Source: Camelus ferus (Eukaryota). Taken from it: 64,000 nucleotides of DNA. The stretch covers positions 89,096,001 to 89,160,000 of the forward strand of contig NC_045697.1 of the NCBI RefSeq assembly GCF_009834535.1, read 5' to 3'. Below are positions 37,589 through 51,200 of the stretch, one piece after another. Both the position numbers and the translations under genes were made by a program. Position 1 is the first letter of the stretch. Every line of letters begins with the position of its first letter. Below the pieces are notes generated by a model. That model was not told where the DNA came from. It worked only from the letters and a program-made list of their open reading frames with translations, and searched no databases.

Positions 37589-40500
37589 TTTTCTTTTTAA
37601 ATCACTTTATTGAGGTATGACTGACATGTAAGATGCTATGCATATTTATGCATACAACTCAGTAAGTTTTGGGTAAGTATACACTAGTGAATCCATTATT
37701 AACACCATCAATGCCATAAACATATTAATCACCTCCCAAATTTCTGCCAGCCCCTATTACTATTATTATTATTATCTGTGCGTGTGTGTGTAACTATGGT
37801 AAGAACACATAACATAAGATCTACTCTCTTAGCAAATTTTAAGTATACAATATAGTATTGTTAGCTATAGGCACTATGCTATAAAACAGATCTTCAGAAT
37901 TTACTTATTTTTGTACACTTTCACCATTACTTCCCCACTTTCCTTTCCCCCAAATCCCTGGCAACTACTGTCCTACTCCCTGGTTTTATGAGTTTGACTA
38001 TTATAAGTTTCACATGTGAGTGAGATAAGACAGCATTTGTCTTTCTGTGTCTGGCTTATTTCACTTAGCATAATGTCCTCCAGGTCTATCCATGTTGTTG
38101 CAAATGGCAGAACTTCTTTCTTTTTGAAGGATGAATAATAGTCTATTTTATGTGTTTTCTTCATCCGTTCATCTGTTGATGGACATTTAGGTTGTATACT
38201 GGCTATTATAGGAGGAACATGAGAGTACAGATACCTCTTTGAGATCTTGATTTCAATTCCTTTGGATAAATGCCCAGTTCTGTTTTTAATTTTTTGAGGA
38301 ACATCTATGCTGTTTTCCATAATGGCCGTACCAGTTTACCTTCCCACCCACAGTGCACCAAGGTTCCCTTTTCTCCACATCCTTGCCACTGCCTGTTATT
38401 TATTTTTTTAGTAATAGCCATCCCAACAGGCTTAAGATGATATCTCATTGGACTTTGCTTTGCACTTCCTTGATTATTAGTGATGTTGAATACATTTTCA
38501 TATACCTTTTGGTCATTTTTATGTCTTCTTTGGAAAATGTCTTTCCAATTTCCTTGCGCATTTTTTAGTTGGTTTTCTGTTTTGTTTTGTTTTGCTATTG
38601 AGTTATATGAATTCATTACATATTTTAGATATTAATCCCTTATCAAATATATAGTTAGCAAAGATTTTCTCCTAATCTGTAGGATATCTTTTCATTTTGT
38701 TGATTGTATCCTTTGTTGTGCAGACATTGTTCAGCTTGATGTAATCCCACTTGTTTACTTTTTACTTTGTTGCCTTTCCTTCTTATGCTATCTCCAAAAA
38801 AACATTGCCAAGACCAATATCAAGGAATTTTCCCATTTTCTTCAAGACGTTTTATGATTTCAGATCTCTGTTTAGATATTTCATCCATTTTGAGTTGTTT
38901 TTTTTTGTGTGTGTGATATAAGGTAAGGGTCTAGTTTCATTCTTTTGCTTGTGAGTACCCAATTTTCCCAACATCATTTATTGAAAAGGCTATCATTTCC
39001 CCTTTTGTATTCTTGGTGATATTGCTGAAGACTAGTTGGCCTCATATGTATGGCTTTATTACGAGGCTTTCTATTCTGTTCCATTGGTACATGTGTCTGT
39101 CATATGCCGGTATTATGCTGTCTTGATTAGTATAGCTGTGTAATATAGTTTGATATAAGGAAGTATAATGTCTCTTTCTCAAAATTCCTTTGGGTATGAG
39201 GGGACTTTTGTGGTTCCACCCAAGTTTTAGGATTGCTTTTTTCTATTTCTGTGAAAAAACAGTTACTGGAACTCTCATAGGGATTGCTTTGGATCTGTTG
39301 ATCACTTTGCATAGTATAGACATTTTAACAATATTAATTCTTTTCATCCATGAACATGGGATATTTTCACATTTATTTTTGTCTTCTTTAATCTCTTTCA
39401 ACGATGTCTCATAGTTTTCAGTGTACAGATATTTCAATTCCCTGGTTCAATTTATTCATAACTACTTTATTGTTTTTGATATTATAAATGTGATGGCTTC
39501 CTTTCCAATTTTTGTATCTTTTTATTTCCTTCTCTTGTCTAACTACTCTTAAGAGTTCCAGTAATGTGCTGAATAGAAGTAGCAACAATAGGCATCCTTG
39601 TCTCATTTCTGATATTAGACAAAGCTTTTAACTTTTCACTGTTGAGCATGATGTTAGCTGTAAGTTTGTTATATATGGCTTTTATTATGTTGAGGTACCA
39701 GTGCTTCTATACCTAATTTGTCAAGAGTTTTACCATGAAAGAATGTTGAGTTTTGCCAAATTTTTTTCTTTATCTACTAAGATAATATATGATTTTTTAT
39801 CCTTCATTCTGTTAATGTGGTATATCACATTTATTTATTTTTTTTTGCATATGTTGAACTATACTTGCATTCCAGGGAAGAATCCAAATTGATCATACTA
39901 TGATCTTTTTAATGTACTGTTAAATTCAGTTTGCTATTATTTTGTTGGGACGTTAGCATCTATATTGATCAGAGATATTGGCCTGTAATTTTCGTTTCTT
40001 GTAGTGTCCTTGTCTAGTTTTGGTATCAAGGTAATGCTGGCTGGCCTCATAATGCTGGAAGTGTTTCTTCCTCTTCAATTTTCTGGAAAAGTGTGAAAAG
40101 AATTGATATTAATGCCTTGTTAAAAGTTTGGTCAAATTCACCAGTGAAGCCATCTGGTCCTGGGCTTCTTTGCGGGAATTACTGATTCAATATTGTTACT
40201 CATCATGGCTTGTTCAGATTATATTTTCCTTCATCATTCAGTCTTGGTAGTTTGTATGTATCTACATAAGTAATTTATCTATTTCTTCTAGGTTATCCAA
40301 TTTATTGGTATATAATTTTTCAGAGTAGTCTCATAATTTTTTTTATTTTTGTGGCATTAATTATAATATCTCCTCTTTCATTTCTGATTTTATTCATTTG
40401 AGTTTCTTTTTTATTTTCTCAGTTAGTCTTGCTAAAAATTTATCTTCTCAAAAAAAAACTCATTTTTGTTGATAATTCCCACTGTTTTTGGAGTCTCTGT

Positions 40501-41830
40501 TTTTACTTATTCCTTTGTTATTTCCTTCCTTCTGCTAAGTTTGGGCTCAGTTTGTTCTTATTTTTCTAGTTCCTTGAGGTATAAATTTAGGTTGTCAATT
40601 TGAGACTTTTCTTTTTTCTTAATGTAGGTTTTTATTGCTATAAATTTCCCTCTTAGAATTGCTTTTACTGCATACTATAAGTTTTGGTTTGTTGTGTTTC
40701 CATTTTCATTTTTCTCAGAGTATTATTTGATTTCCCTTTTGACTTCTTCTTTTACCTATTGGTTGTTTAGGAATGTGTTTAATTTCCACATACTTATGAA
40801 TTTTCCCATTTTCCTCCTGTTGTTTATTGATTACAGTTTTATACTTGGGTGCTCAGAAAAAGTATATGATATGATTTCATTCTTCTTTACTTTGTGAAGA
40901 CTTGTGACCCAGCTTTTGATCTATCCTGCAGAATGCTCCATGTGTGCATAAGAAGACTATGTATTCTACTGTTGTTTAATGGAAACTTCTGTTTATGCAT
41001 GTTAGATCCACCTGGTTTAAAGTGCAGCTCAATTCCAACATTTCTTAATTGATTATCTGTCTTGAATGTTCTATTCATTGTTGAAAATGGGGTATTGAAC
41101 TTCCCTAATACTATTATATTGCTGTTTATTTCTCACTTCAGTTCTGTGAATATTTGCTTCATGTATTTTGGTGCTCCAATGTCCATGCATATATAGTTAT
41201 AATTATTATATCTTCTTGATTTATTAACCCTTTTATCATTATATAATAGTTTTTTGTCTCTTGCTACAGTTTTGACTTAAGGTCTACTTTGTCTGATATA
41301 AGTATAGATACTCTGGCTTTCTTTTGGTTCCATTTGCATGGAATATTTTTTCCACTACTTCATTTGCAGCCTGTCTGTGTCCTTAAAGTTCAAGTGAGTC
41401 TCTTGTAGAAGACTGATACACCACCATTACACTATTAGAGTATTCTGATTTTGACCATATACTTAATATTATCAGTGAGTTTCATATTTTCATATGTCCT
41501 CATGTTATTAATTAGCATCTTTTCATTTCAGCTTGAAGAAGTCTCTTTAGCATTTCTTATAAGGCAGGTCCAGTGGTGATGAACGCCCTCAGCCTTTTTT
41601 TTTTTTTTTTTTTTCTGGAAAAGTCTTACCTCTCCTTCATTTCTGGAGGACAAATTTTTGGGTAAAGTATTTGTGGTTGGTAGACTTTTTCTTCCAGCAC
41701 TTTGAATATACCATCTGACTCTCTCTAGGCTTGAAGGTTTCTGCTGAAAAGCCTGCTGATACCTTATAGAAGTATGTGACAATTCACTTGGTATGTCACC
41801 TTGTATGTGGCAATTCACTTTTCTTTTGCA
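37589..41830 (-). mobile_element. L1 LINE (L1MA9/L1MA10-like), about 4.2 kb, decayed, internally deleted
   Basis: 3'UTR CTTTATTGAGGTATGA...GATCTACTCTCTTAGCAAATTTTAAGTATACAA. ORF2 remnants: QPKCPSTDE/FATTWIDLEDIMLSEISQ (37973-38320), [17 protein letters not shown] (39243-39437), RQGC..LLF..RQEKEIK (39418-39606), and an endonuclease region near 40900-41400. ORF1-like remnant near 41530-41830. Confidence 0.93.
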
Positions 41831-44779
41831 TAAAACATTTTATAGTTATGATAGTCTATTTTAAGTTGATCACAGAGTCTACCAAACTAAAATCTTACGT
41901 AGACATTAAGAATGAAAGCACATTTACTAATAGAAGAATAAGTACAATATTCTACTTTCACATGATTATATTATGACTGAAAGTGCCTTCTATGCTCATT
42001 TATAGTAATGTGGAAAATGTTTATAATAAACGTTTTAAGGAAAACACACACAGAAACAAGTTACATATGATTACCAGTAGATAAAGACAAACAACAATAG
42101 AACAATAAAGCCAAAAACAAGAACAATAATAAACTGAATAGAAAAAAGATGGAATGGGAAAATAGATCATCTTTTTATGAGTTATTTTCTTTGGGTAATA
42201 ATGTTTAAAGTTTTAAAATGTTTCTCATGTTCTCTAATTCTTCTTTAGGGGCATGAGTTATATTAGCAAGAAAGTGCTAAATGTATTTATTTATTTAAAT
42301 ACAGCAAGTACAGATAACTTGATTTAATTTAAAATTGGACTTACAGTAGGCAGTTCTTACCTCCCAAATTATTACATTTATTTTTCTCCTTTTGGAGAAA
42401 AAAATGGCTTTTAATATAATGTCCTACATTCATATGTCTTCATATTAACTCATGTAGCTGACATGGAGAATTCACATGTAGCCATCTATTAAAATAAACT
42501 TTCATATATATATAATAATCTAAACATTTAGTGAAGAATATCTATAGAAAAAGTCCCAAAGCACAACTCTGTCCCTTCCTTTCATTAAACTAGTTTCTGA
42601 GATTCCTTTATAAAGGAATAAAACTGAAAAATTTCAAAAGATTTTGAACTATCAATTCCCTTTTATACTTGATGTTTTTCCTTTCATAAAATAAAATATT
42701 GAATGCTCTAAAAATTAATTTTAAACATTTGCATTATTATTAAGTGTTTTCTACTTTGTGTATTCATTATTATATAAATTTATCTTTATACTCCTTGTTT
42801 CATGACCTAGTTTGGCTTGCTTCACTTTCTCTATTCTGCTTCCAATTGACTTCATTTTTCTTAGTTTTGCATCATTTTTCTGCCTAGTTATGTCTCTGAG
42901 GGAATGCTCGTCAGATTTCTTTACAGGGAATAGACTCCAGTGACATCCCAAATTGGTAGTTTGGATTGTTTCTTTCTTTTTTTTTTTTTTTTTTTTTGTA
43001 ATTTGTCATGTGGCATTTTGTGAACACTTCCTTTCCAGCAGTCTTCAAAAAGCCACATTTTCTCTGTCGAAGAAAACAAAAATTGTTTATTATTTGTAAA
43101 TGTACTGAATGAGTAGCAAGTACTGCAAACTGTTTTTTGTACTGAATAGAACTTGACCTATTTCTCTTCCAAAATATGACTTGGAAAAATACCAGATAAG
43201 AGACATTTTGGGGAAAATGATCTGTAAAATTGTAACACATCTAGGATCAGAAACAGGAAACATCTTTTGGTCTAGAGATATTTTTGTTTTATGATTTTTT
43301 TTTCTTTTGACATCTCTTCTTCCATGTGGATGCACTCACATCACATTTAGCGTTTGTCTGCCTTTGGAGGAAATCCTTTAGAGTACTCATAGAGCTTTGC
43401 AAAATAAACTTAATTATTGCTGATTCTCTAACTTTTAGGGGAAAATACATTTTGGAAACATTAATTTAAAAAAAAAACTTGCTTAGCAAGATTACTTACT
43501 AGTTATAAAAGAGAGATGGGGCATTTGAAAATAACTTCCATAAGGACAGATCTGTGGGTTCTAAGCAAAATGCTGTATCAAATGTGATCAAAGTATAGCA
43601 ACCTTGAAAAAAAGTGCATTGAATAATGAAATGTGATATTTCCATTATTAAATAAATACAATGTACAAATAAATGTATGTTCACTTAACTTCCAAATACA
43701 TGTTCTTTAAGTAAAATTGTTCCATTTTGTTTTTAAGCTTCAGTGTTGCAGGCACAAATTAAGGCTAAAGATAAGTAACTCCCCTTTATAAAAGGAAGAA
43801 AGATTTTAAGGGAGGAGAAAGAATCTAAGAAACAAAAGGTATAATTTTAAAAACCAACCATTTTCAGCTTAAATTCAGTTAGCTTTTCAGAAAATATCAC
43901 TAAAGATGAGGAGAGTTTTGGAGTTGAATGAGTAGATATATTTAACTGTGGTCTTGTTTAAAGTGCTAAATTGCTGAGAAATCTCAACTCATAGATAACA
44001 GTGTTGTGGCATTTTATTGGGAGTGAATCAATTTTATTGACTTACAAAGAAAAATTAAATGGAATTTGGAGAATCAGTATAGTTAGTGTTGGTGTTTTTT
44101 TCTATAGTTGCCTACCACTGATTTAGATCTAAATTTGAAGGGTTGCTTTAGTTAGGTATGTGATTAGCACCATGCAAAAGAACACATGTGAAATTGCTGG
44201 CTTTCATCTTTCCTTCTTTCTCTTAATTGGTTCTTCTATTTTTCATTTTCCTGTAACTTTAAATGAAAAAAAAATCAAGTGTGTGTGTTGGGTAGGGGGT
44301 AGTGGGAAATCTAAGAAAACCCTAAGAGCTATGTGTCGGTGTGCGGTGAGATTGAGAGTAGGTGGTCTAAACGGTCATTTGACCTACCAAAGGGGCCAAA
44401 GAAAGGAAAACAGTGTGTGAGCCATTAATCTTGAGCTTGTTTATACAACTGTAATTTTGTATTGCTTGTTTACTGCCACTCTGATGACAGAAACAGTTCT
44501 TCCTTGACTTAGCAGCAGGCTCCTGGTCATCATCCGTAGAAGATAATTTGCGATAACAATAATACTATTTAATAAAATAATTTAGTTTAATCTGATGCTT
44601 TTAAGTAAAAATGATCTTTGTTTTAAACTATTGACAAATTAACTCTATCAGTTAAGTACTGTGGCTTCAGTGTTTACTTTTCTATAAAATGAACTTAAAT
44701 ATGAGGAAAACAATGTTTCTGCAATCTAGTGATAAGTACTTCCTAGAGAATATTTTTGTCATACCAGATTATTGGCTTG

Positions 44780-44825
44780 ATATATATATATATATATGTA
44801 TGTGTGTATATATATATATATATAT
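44780..44825. repeat. Compound (TA)n/(TG)n microsatellite
   Basis: ATATATATATATATATGTATGTGTGTATATATATATATATAT. Confidence 0.9.
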
Positions 44826-45692
44826 TTCAAAGATCTTTCATATGAATTTTATTCATTGTCAGTGTTATAAGATCTTTGGGTATTTTATTCACACTGTTTC
44901 TACTGGATAGTTATCTCTTTGTGGGCTCTGTTTTAAAAACATATATTTAGGTTAAGTTGTCCTTTTGGTAAAGTTCTCAGAATTACTGCATAATAGGTGA
45001 TTATTTTGTGATATAAATAAAGTCCAAAAAATTGTGACGATCTAAATTGTGAAAATCTTTCACCCCGAATGTCTTACTTCATTGAAAAATTTCACTCAGT
45101 ATCTACATGTACCTGTGCTGAGGATGGAACACCAAACACACTATTTATTCTGAGATTCCCAAAATTTACAGTTGTGCTGGAAACTGGTTCTGAGCAAACA
45201 AATAATTCCATAATATGAGTATGACAAACTCTGACGAGAGGATAATTTAAAATGTTTATAATTCTAACAAAAATAATTCATTCCTTGATATTTTCTTGAA
45301 AATATTAACCTACATGGTTTAAGGTGAATGCCAAGTTTGAATGAAAATTACTCTATACCACAAGAAAATGTGTAGTGAATACAGGAAAAAAAATCCCACC
45401 TTATTTGATTGCTATATTTACTAATTATGAAACATTATTATATGTTATATGTTAAATATATTATATCAAAATATATACCATATTAAACATTATTTACTAT
45501 TTATTAAACTTTTCCCTTTTAAAAAAATTTTTTTATTGATTTTTTTTTCAGTGGTTTCAAATTCTCTTTTAATAGTGTTTTGCATTCAAAGCTTTGTCCA
45601 AATCTCAATATATAAACCACATGAAAGCAAAGATCTCTGGCTAATGTGGGGGTGGGGGCAGAGGGAAAGTAATTCTCAGAATTTTTTTTGAG

Positions 45693-46339
45693 GTTTTTTT
45701 TTAACATTTTTTATTGATTTATAATCATTTTACAATGTTGTGTCAAATTCCAGTGTAGAGCACAATTTTTCAGTTATACATGAACATGTATATATTCATT
45801 GTCACATTTTTTTCTCTGTGAGCTACCATAAGATCTTGTGTATATTTCCCTGTGCTTTACAGTATAATCTTGTTTATCTATTCTACATTTTGAAATCCTG
45901 TCTATCCCTTCCCACCCTCCACCCCCTTGGCAACCACAAGTTTGTATTCTATGTCTATGAGTCTATTTCTGTTTTGCATTTATGCTGTTTTTTGTTTTTG
46001 TTTTTTAGATTCCACATATGAGTGATCTCATATGGTATTTTTCTATCTCTTTCTGGCTTACTTCACTTAGAATGACATTCTCCAGGAGCATCCATGTTGC
46101 TGCAAATGGTGTTATGTTGTCGGTTTTTATGGCTGAGTAGTATTCCATTGTATAAATATACCACATCTTCTTTATCCAGTCATCTGTTGATGGACATTTA
46201 GGTTGTTTGCATGTCTTGGCTATTGTAAATAATGCTGCTATGAACATTGGCGTGCAGGTGTCATCCTGAAGTAGGGTTCCTTCTGGACATAAGCCCAGGA
46301 GCGGGATTCCTGGGTCATATGGTAAGTCTATTCCTAGTC
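45693..46339 (-). mobile_element. Young lineage-specific L1 3' end (ORF2 C-terminus, 3'UTR, poly-A)
   Basis: Minus ORF 46005-46247 MFIAALFTIAKTCKQPKCPSTDDWIKKMWYIYTMEYYSAIK...FAATWMLLENVILSEVSQKE is an undisrupted L1 ORF2 C-terminus. Poly-T at about 45693. The 3'UTR resembles camelid L1 as recalled. Confidence 0.93.
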
Positions 46340-48299
46340 TTTTGAGGAATCTTCATACTTATTTAATGGTAGTTCTCACACTTTTGACCATCTCAAAAAC
46401 CTGAGAACTGAAATATGTACTTCCAGCAGTAAAGGGGCTGATTGACAGTGACTCTCAAGGTGTGGGAGCTTGACATCATTACCATGTGGCTGGATTTGGA
46501 GGAAGCATCAGTAGTTAAAGGGAATTCCATTTCTCAATTGATTTTGACACATCCTACTAATAGGGAGGAAAACTTTTTCTGTTCTTTCTCCCTGCCACCC
46601 TTTCCACTAACTAATAACTAATTAATTTGAAATAATCTTAGAAAACCTTTATACATGTGAGAGATTTTAGAGAATTCACAGCTAATTAAAAGAGGTCTCT
46701 CAGTAGAGCTGACATGAAAAATATACCAAGAACTTTGTAATACTGATAACACTATGCATGGAAAGAATTAAAACTATTTAATCATATAATATTTGTTCAC
46801 CAGGAGTAATTACTACAATTACTACTGTTTATAAGCATTAAAAATGTATTTTTCCCTGAAATTAGACTTTTTATGGAAGAATAAACATGAACTATGGTAC
46901 TTATCTGGCTCTTCAGACATATATGTATACATATACATATACAAAAACTTGAAACAATCTTAAGTTAGTATTCCTATTATGGATTAAAACCACAGGGTTC
47001 CTTAAAATACTCAGCATTTCAAAAAATCAGCCAATATCTTGATAATGTAAAAGAATATTTAAGAATAATACTTTCAGAATGTAAATTTTCTTAAAAAATA
47101 CATAAGCTTTAGGGAACTGCATCACTGAAAGGCATAGTTTACTTTTTAAAAGTCAGATTTTCCAGCTTATGTGGGATAGAAAATTAGGTCATGTTAGAAG
47201 CAGTTTCAATGTCATACATAGTATCTAACTGTCATGTGCTCAAGTTAATGTGGAAAGAAAGAGCTCTATGTTGAAGGATGGAAGAAGTGAGGCAAGAGGG
47301 AAGAAATCAGATCCAAAATCTCTCTGTAGCTTACAGAATTCCAGTACCAATAAACACATAAAGGATAGAAGCCAACTGAACACAAAGGATTCTCATTGAA
47401 AATGGAGAGCTACTTGAAATAATAATTATTCCTTGAGTTTAAAAGACCAAGCTTTACCCCCAAGGTATGAAATGATTACACATGCACACAACAGCCAGTG
47501 GAAATTGATGAGGATGTCAGCAATGCTGGTAACAGAGGGAAAGAAGGGTGGGCAGAAAGCTTCAGAGGGAAATTGCCTTGTGCGTGAGTGTATGTGCTTA
47601 AAACAGGCACTTCAGGATTATAATCATAATCTGGTCACTTAATTTTGTTCTTTTATATTCCATTTCTATTCTCAGATGTCCTTAAGATCAGAAAAAACTA
47701 AACCACTTTCTGTGAAAGTGTAAGCTACTAATTTAAGTCCTTAGAATCAAATAAAAACAAAATCACAGATTCTTCCTATATCTCAGTATTTTTTTTTACT
47801 TTTATTTTCACATACTACTCCATTGCTATATTCATTTCATTGATGAAAAGAATGTTGCCTGTAGTTTTTAAATCAAAGTGTCTTTTCAACATTTACCCTG
47901 GTAAAGGACCCTTCATGAATTTATTTTTTGTAACTATAGTGTCATTGTTTTAAGTTTAAGAATCTCAGACTCTTTTGTTTTCCCCACCTGATGGAGTTAC
48001 TTCTAAAACTCTATCTGCTTCCTCTGTATCCACCACCACAGCACTGGGCACATGGCCCAAGCTGGCCAGAGCACTGCATTCTCTGGTTCACAGAAAGCAT
48101 GTGGCCCATGCCCAGCCAATTAGTGTAACGTTGTTAATAAAAATAGTTCTAGAACTGTATATTCACTTTATCGTAGGAGGGACATTCCTTATACCATTGT
48201 AATCCTCACTCTGGTTACAGTTTAAATACAAATAAGTGAAAGAAAATACCCCCAAAGGAATAAAAACTTAAACTAAACAAACAAACAAAAAAAAACCTT

Positions 48300-49130
48300 C
48301 TGAATTCTAATCATCATGGAAGGAGCTTGATAGTGGCCAGTCCATCCCAACAACAAATAAAAAGCTGCACAAAATGAAAAATCTACAATTTCTCTTAGAG
48401 TCATCAGAGAAGTGAGGTCAAGGAGCAAACCACTGTCACCAAAATTGGAGACAGGCAAACAGAGAATCATCATTTACCAGAGTAGAAACCCATGGGAAGA
48501 AATCTCCACAGGAACCAGTGCTGGGGTAGGAAAATCTAAACCATAGTCACTGAATTGACGGAGGATAGATATGCTTGTGTATGCTAATTTATAAGTCAAA
48601 TGAGTAACAAAAATTATTTGGGAGGGAGGAATTAAGATTATTATATCTTAATAAGTTATTCACCTGACCCACGAAGTGATACAGTATTATGTGAGTGTGG
48701 AAACGAATTAGTTGTTAATACGTTGCAAACTGTAGGTTAACTGCTAAAAAAAGGTAAAATTTAAAAAGTGTAACTGATATGCTAAAAAGGAGATAAACAG
48801 GAATTCAGTAAAATGCTCAGTTAAAACCACAAAAGACAGAACAAGAGCAGAAGACAAAAACAGAAACAAACAACAAGGACAACAAACAGAAAACAGTAAT
48901 AAATGTGGCAGATATTAATTCAACTATATCAAAAATTACTTTAAACATCAATGATCTAAAAATACCAATTAAAAGACAGAGATAATCAGAGTCGACCGAA
49001 AATCAAGACTCCACTATATGTTGTCTTCAAGAATCTCACTTTAAATATAAAAACATAAAAAAATAAGAGTGAGCTGATAGAGAAAGATATGCCATTCTAA
49101 CAGTAATGAATAGAGCTATGTTAATTTCAG
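48300..49130 (+). mobile_element. Old L1M fragments (5' region plus ORF2 endonuclease start)
   Basis: CAACTATATCAAAAATTACTTTAAACATCAATGATCTAAA...CCAATTAAAAGACAGAGA...TATATGTTGTCTTCAAGAATCTCAC corresponds to TIS.ITLN.N.L..PIKRQR...ICCLQE.H. The upstream part resembles L1MC/L1MD 5' ends. Confidence 0.75.
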
Positions 49131-49134
49131 AAGA

Positions 49135-49445
49135 GAAGGTCCTTGATTATCTGGCTGAGACCTAATCCAGTGACACATGTCTTTATGAGAAATACACAAA
49201 GCAGAAACAGATACGAAGATAGAGGCAGGGTTTTGAGTGATGTCACAACAAGCCAAGGAAGCCTGTAACAACCAGAAGATAAAAAAGACATGAAACCAAT
49301 TCCTAGAGTCTTTGGAGGAAGTGTGATGCTGCTAACACCTTGATTTCAAACTTCTCGACCCTAGAACCAGGAGACAATAAATTCCTGTTGTTTTAAGCCA
49401 CCAAGTTTGTGGAAATTTGTTAAGGCTGCCCTAAGAATTAAATAA
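49135..49445 (+). mobile_element. MaLR LTR, MLT1C/D-like, partial
   Basis: CAAGCCAAGGAA, AACACCTTGATTTCAAACTTCT, ACAATAAATTCCTGTTGTTTTAAGCCACCAAGTTTGTGG...TTTGTTAAGGCTGCCCTAAG. Confidence 0.85.
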
Positions 49446-49499
49446 ACTGACTTCTAACTGAAATAGAAACATATTATATGCAATGATTTTCACTATGAT

Positions 49500-49760
49500 T
49501 TTGTACTTTGTCTTTGGTTTTTTATATCAGCACATATAAATGCACAAAATCCTATTAACATCTGAAGAGTATTTCATTATTCGGCTGTATCAAAATTCAT
49601 TTAACCAGGCTTCTACTGATGATCATTGATGTTGTTTCTCATTTATTGGTACCACTAACACAATTCACATTCTTCTATACATGCCTGTGCACATGTGTAA
49701 CATCCACAGAATAAATTCTTAAATGTAGAATTATTTTTGAAGGTATGTACATTTTAATAT
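49500..49760 (-). mobile_element. Old L1 (L1ME-like) fragment
   Basis: GAGTATTTCATT...TTCATTTAACCAG..TTCTACTGATGATCATTGATGTTGTTTC...GGTATGTACATTTTAAT. Confidence 0.6.
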
Positions 49761-49799
49761 CTCCCCTTCATTGTATTAATCTTATTTCTCTCTGTCCTA

Positions 49800-50345
49800 C
49801 CAAACCCAATCACTGTACAATACACTGGAGATGTAAAAACAATGTACTTTATTGTTCCTGATGTTCTAGTAGACGATGTGCTGATAAATAAGTACACTCA
49901 AGGGTTATAGGGATACACAGTGCTCAGGGTCGGGGGGCATATGCAATGTATGGAGGAATGGTTGATTCCAGCTTTAGCAAAGACATGATACAGACAACTC
50001 CTGAGTGTTAGAAAAATTTGTGCTTATTAGGGCATTCCAGGCAGAATGAACAGCCAGGAAAAAAAAAAAAAAAAAGACAGGCAACTGTGAAAGAGCAATA
50101 AATCAATGTACCAGAAGCAAATGTTTAAAAGAAGAGTGCAACCAGAGAGAGCCTAGGGAAGCAGGTGGGTCCAGGCTGTGGAGTTCCAAAGAGAATCTGA
50201 AACCTTTTCTCTCTATGTCAATATGGAACCAATGAAAGACTGAATGAAAAGGAGTAACATGGTCAAAGTTGAATTTTTATAAAATCATTCTGACAGCAAT
50301 GTAGAAGATGGATTTGAGGAAGTATGGGTAGGGACTGGAGGCCAT
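49800..50345 (-). mobile_element. L2 fragment
   Basis: GGGCATTCCAGGCAGAATGAACAGC, GGAACCAATGAAAG...GGAGTAACATGGTCA...AAAATCATTCTGACAGCAATGTAGAAGATGGATT. Confidence 0.7.
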
Positions 50346-50374
50346 AATATCAGTTTATCAGTTTGGAGATAAAT

Positions 50375-51200
50375 TTCTATTTTACTTGGCGTGCTTCAAG
50401 GAACCTCAAACTCAATATGTTCAAAATTGTGGTTTTCTTTCTACCTAGTACTCTCACTGCGCTCTGTATCTCAGGTAAGAGAATTCTAAATCTTTCAAGC
50501 AATAGGTATAATATAAATGATTCCTTCCATTACTCTCATGTTTTATGTCAATTTGTCATCACACACCAGAGGATCTGTCTCAGCAGTGTATTAAAATCCT
50601 GGACTCTCTCTCTGTCCTTGTTTCCACTGCCTTTAGGTCAAACCTGTGTCATCTCTTGCAAGGTCTGTTTCAAATGCCTTTCATCTGATCACTCCCTCCT
50701 TCACTTTCACCACCTATGTTTCATTTTCCACAATACTGAGAAGTGTGTGGCTAGTTACCAAAGCCTATCTACAGAAGAAATCTGGTTATGTCATTTCACA
50801 GCTTCAAACTTCCATGGGTTTTCTGTTGTCCAAAGGATTGAGTCCTGCCCTCCACAGTCTGATTGAACGTTACCCTACCAACCTCTTCAGTACCTGTTTG
50901 AACCTTTTCTCAAACTTAGTTAACTGTCATTCCCTGAGGACACCAGGCTTTTCTGTGACTTCTTTTTGTGATCAGTTTCCCTGCCTGAAACAACTACCTC
51001 CTTCTTCATCTGAAAGCTCCAACTATTTTTCTTGAAAGCTATAAATTGTTACTTCTTCTTGAAGAACCGCCTCACGGTTTATGGCAGAGCAATTGTTTCC
51101 ACTCTTAGTGTGTTATGATCATCTTTTGGTCTTACTTATATTATGGCACATTGTTCCCTATGCTGATTTTTATGTTTTTGTGTCAACTGACTTTCATATC
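50375..51200 (+). mobile_element. L2 fragment, opposite orientation to its neighbour
   Basis: GGAACCTCAAACTCAATATGTTCAAAA, CCACTGCCTTTAGGTCAAACC, AAATCTGGTTATGTCA. Confidence 0.6.

Noticed and set aside
44372..44385. GGTCA-TT-TGACC as an oestrogen response element
   Set aside because: The spacer is 2 nt, not the 3 nt required for an ERE.
50363..50866. 167-aa ORF, the longest in the window
   Set aside because: Overlaps decayed L2 sequence, has a non-ATG start and no coherent protein features.
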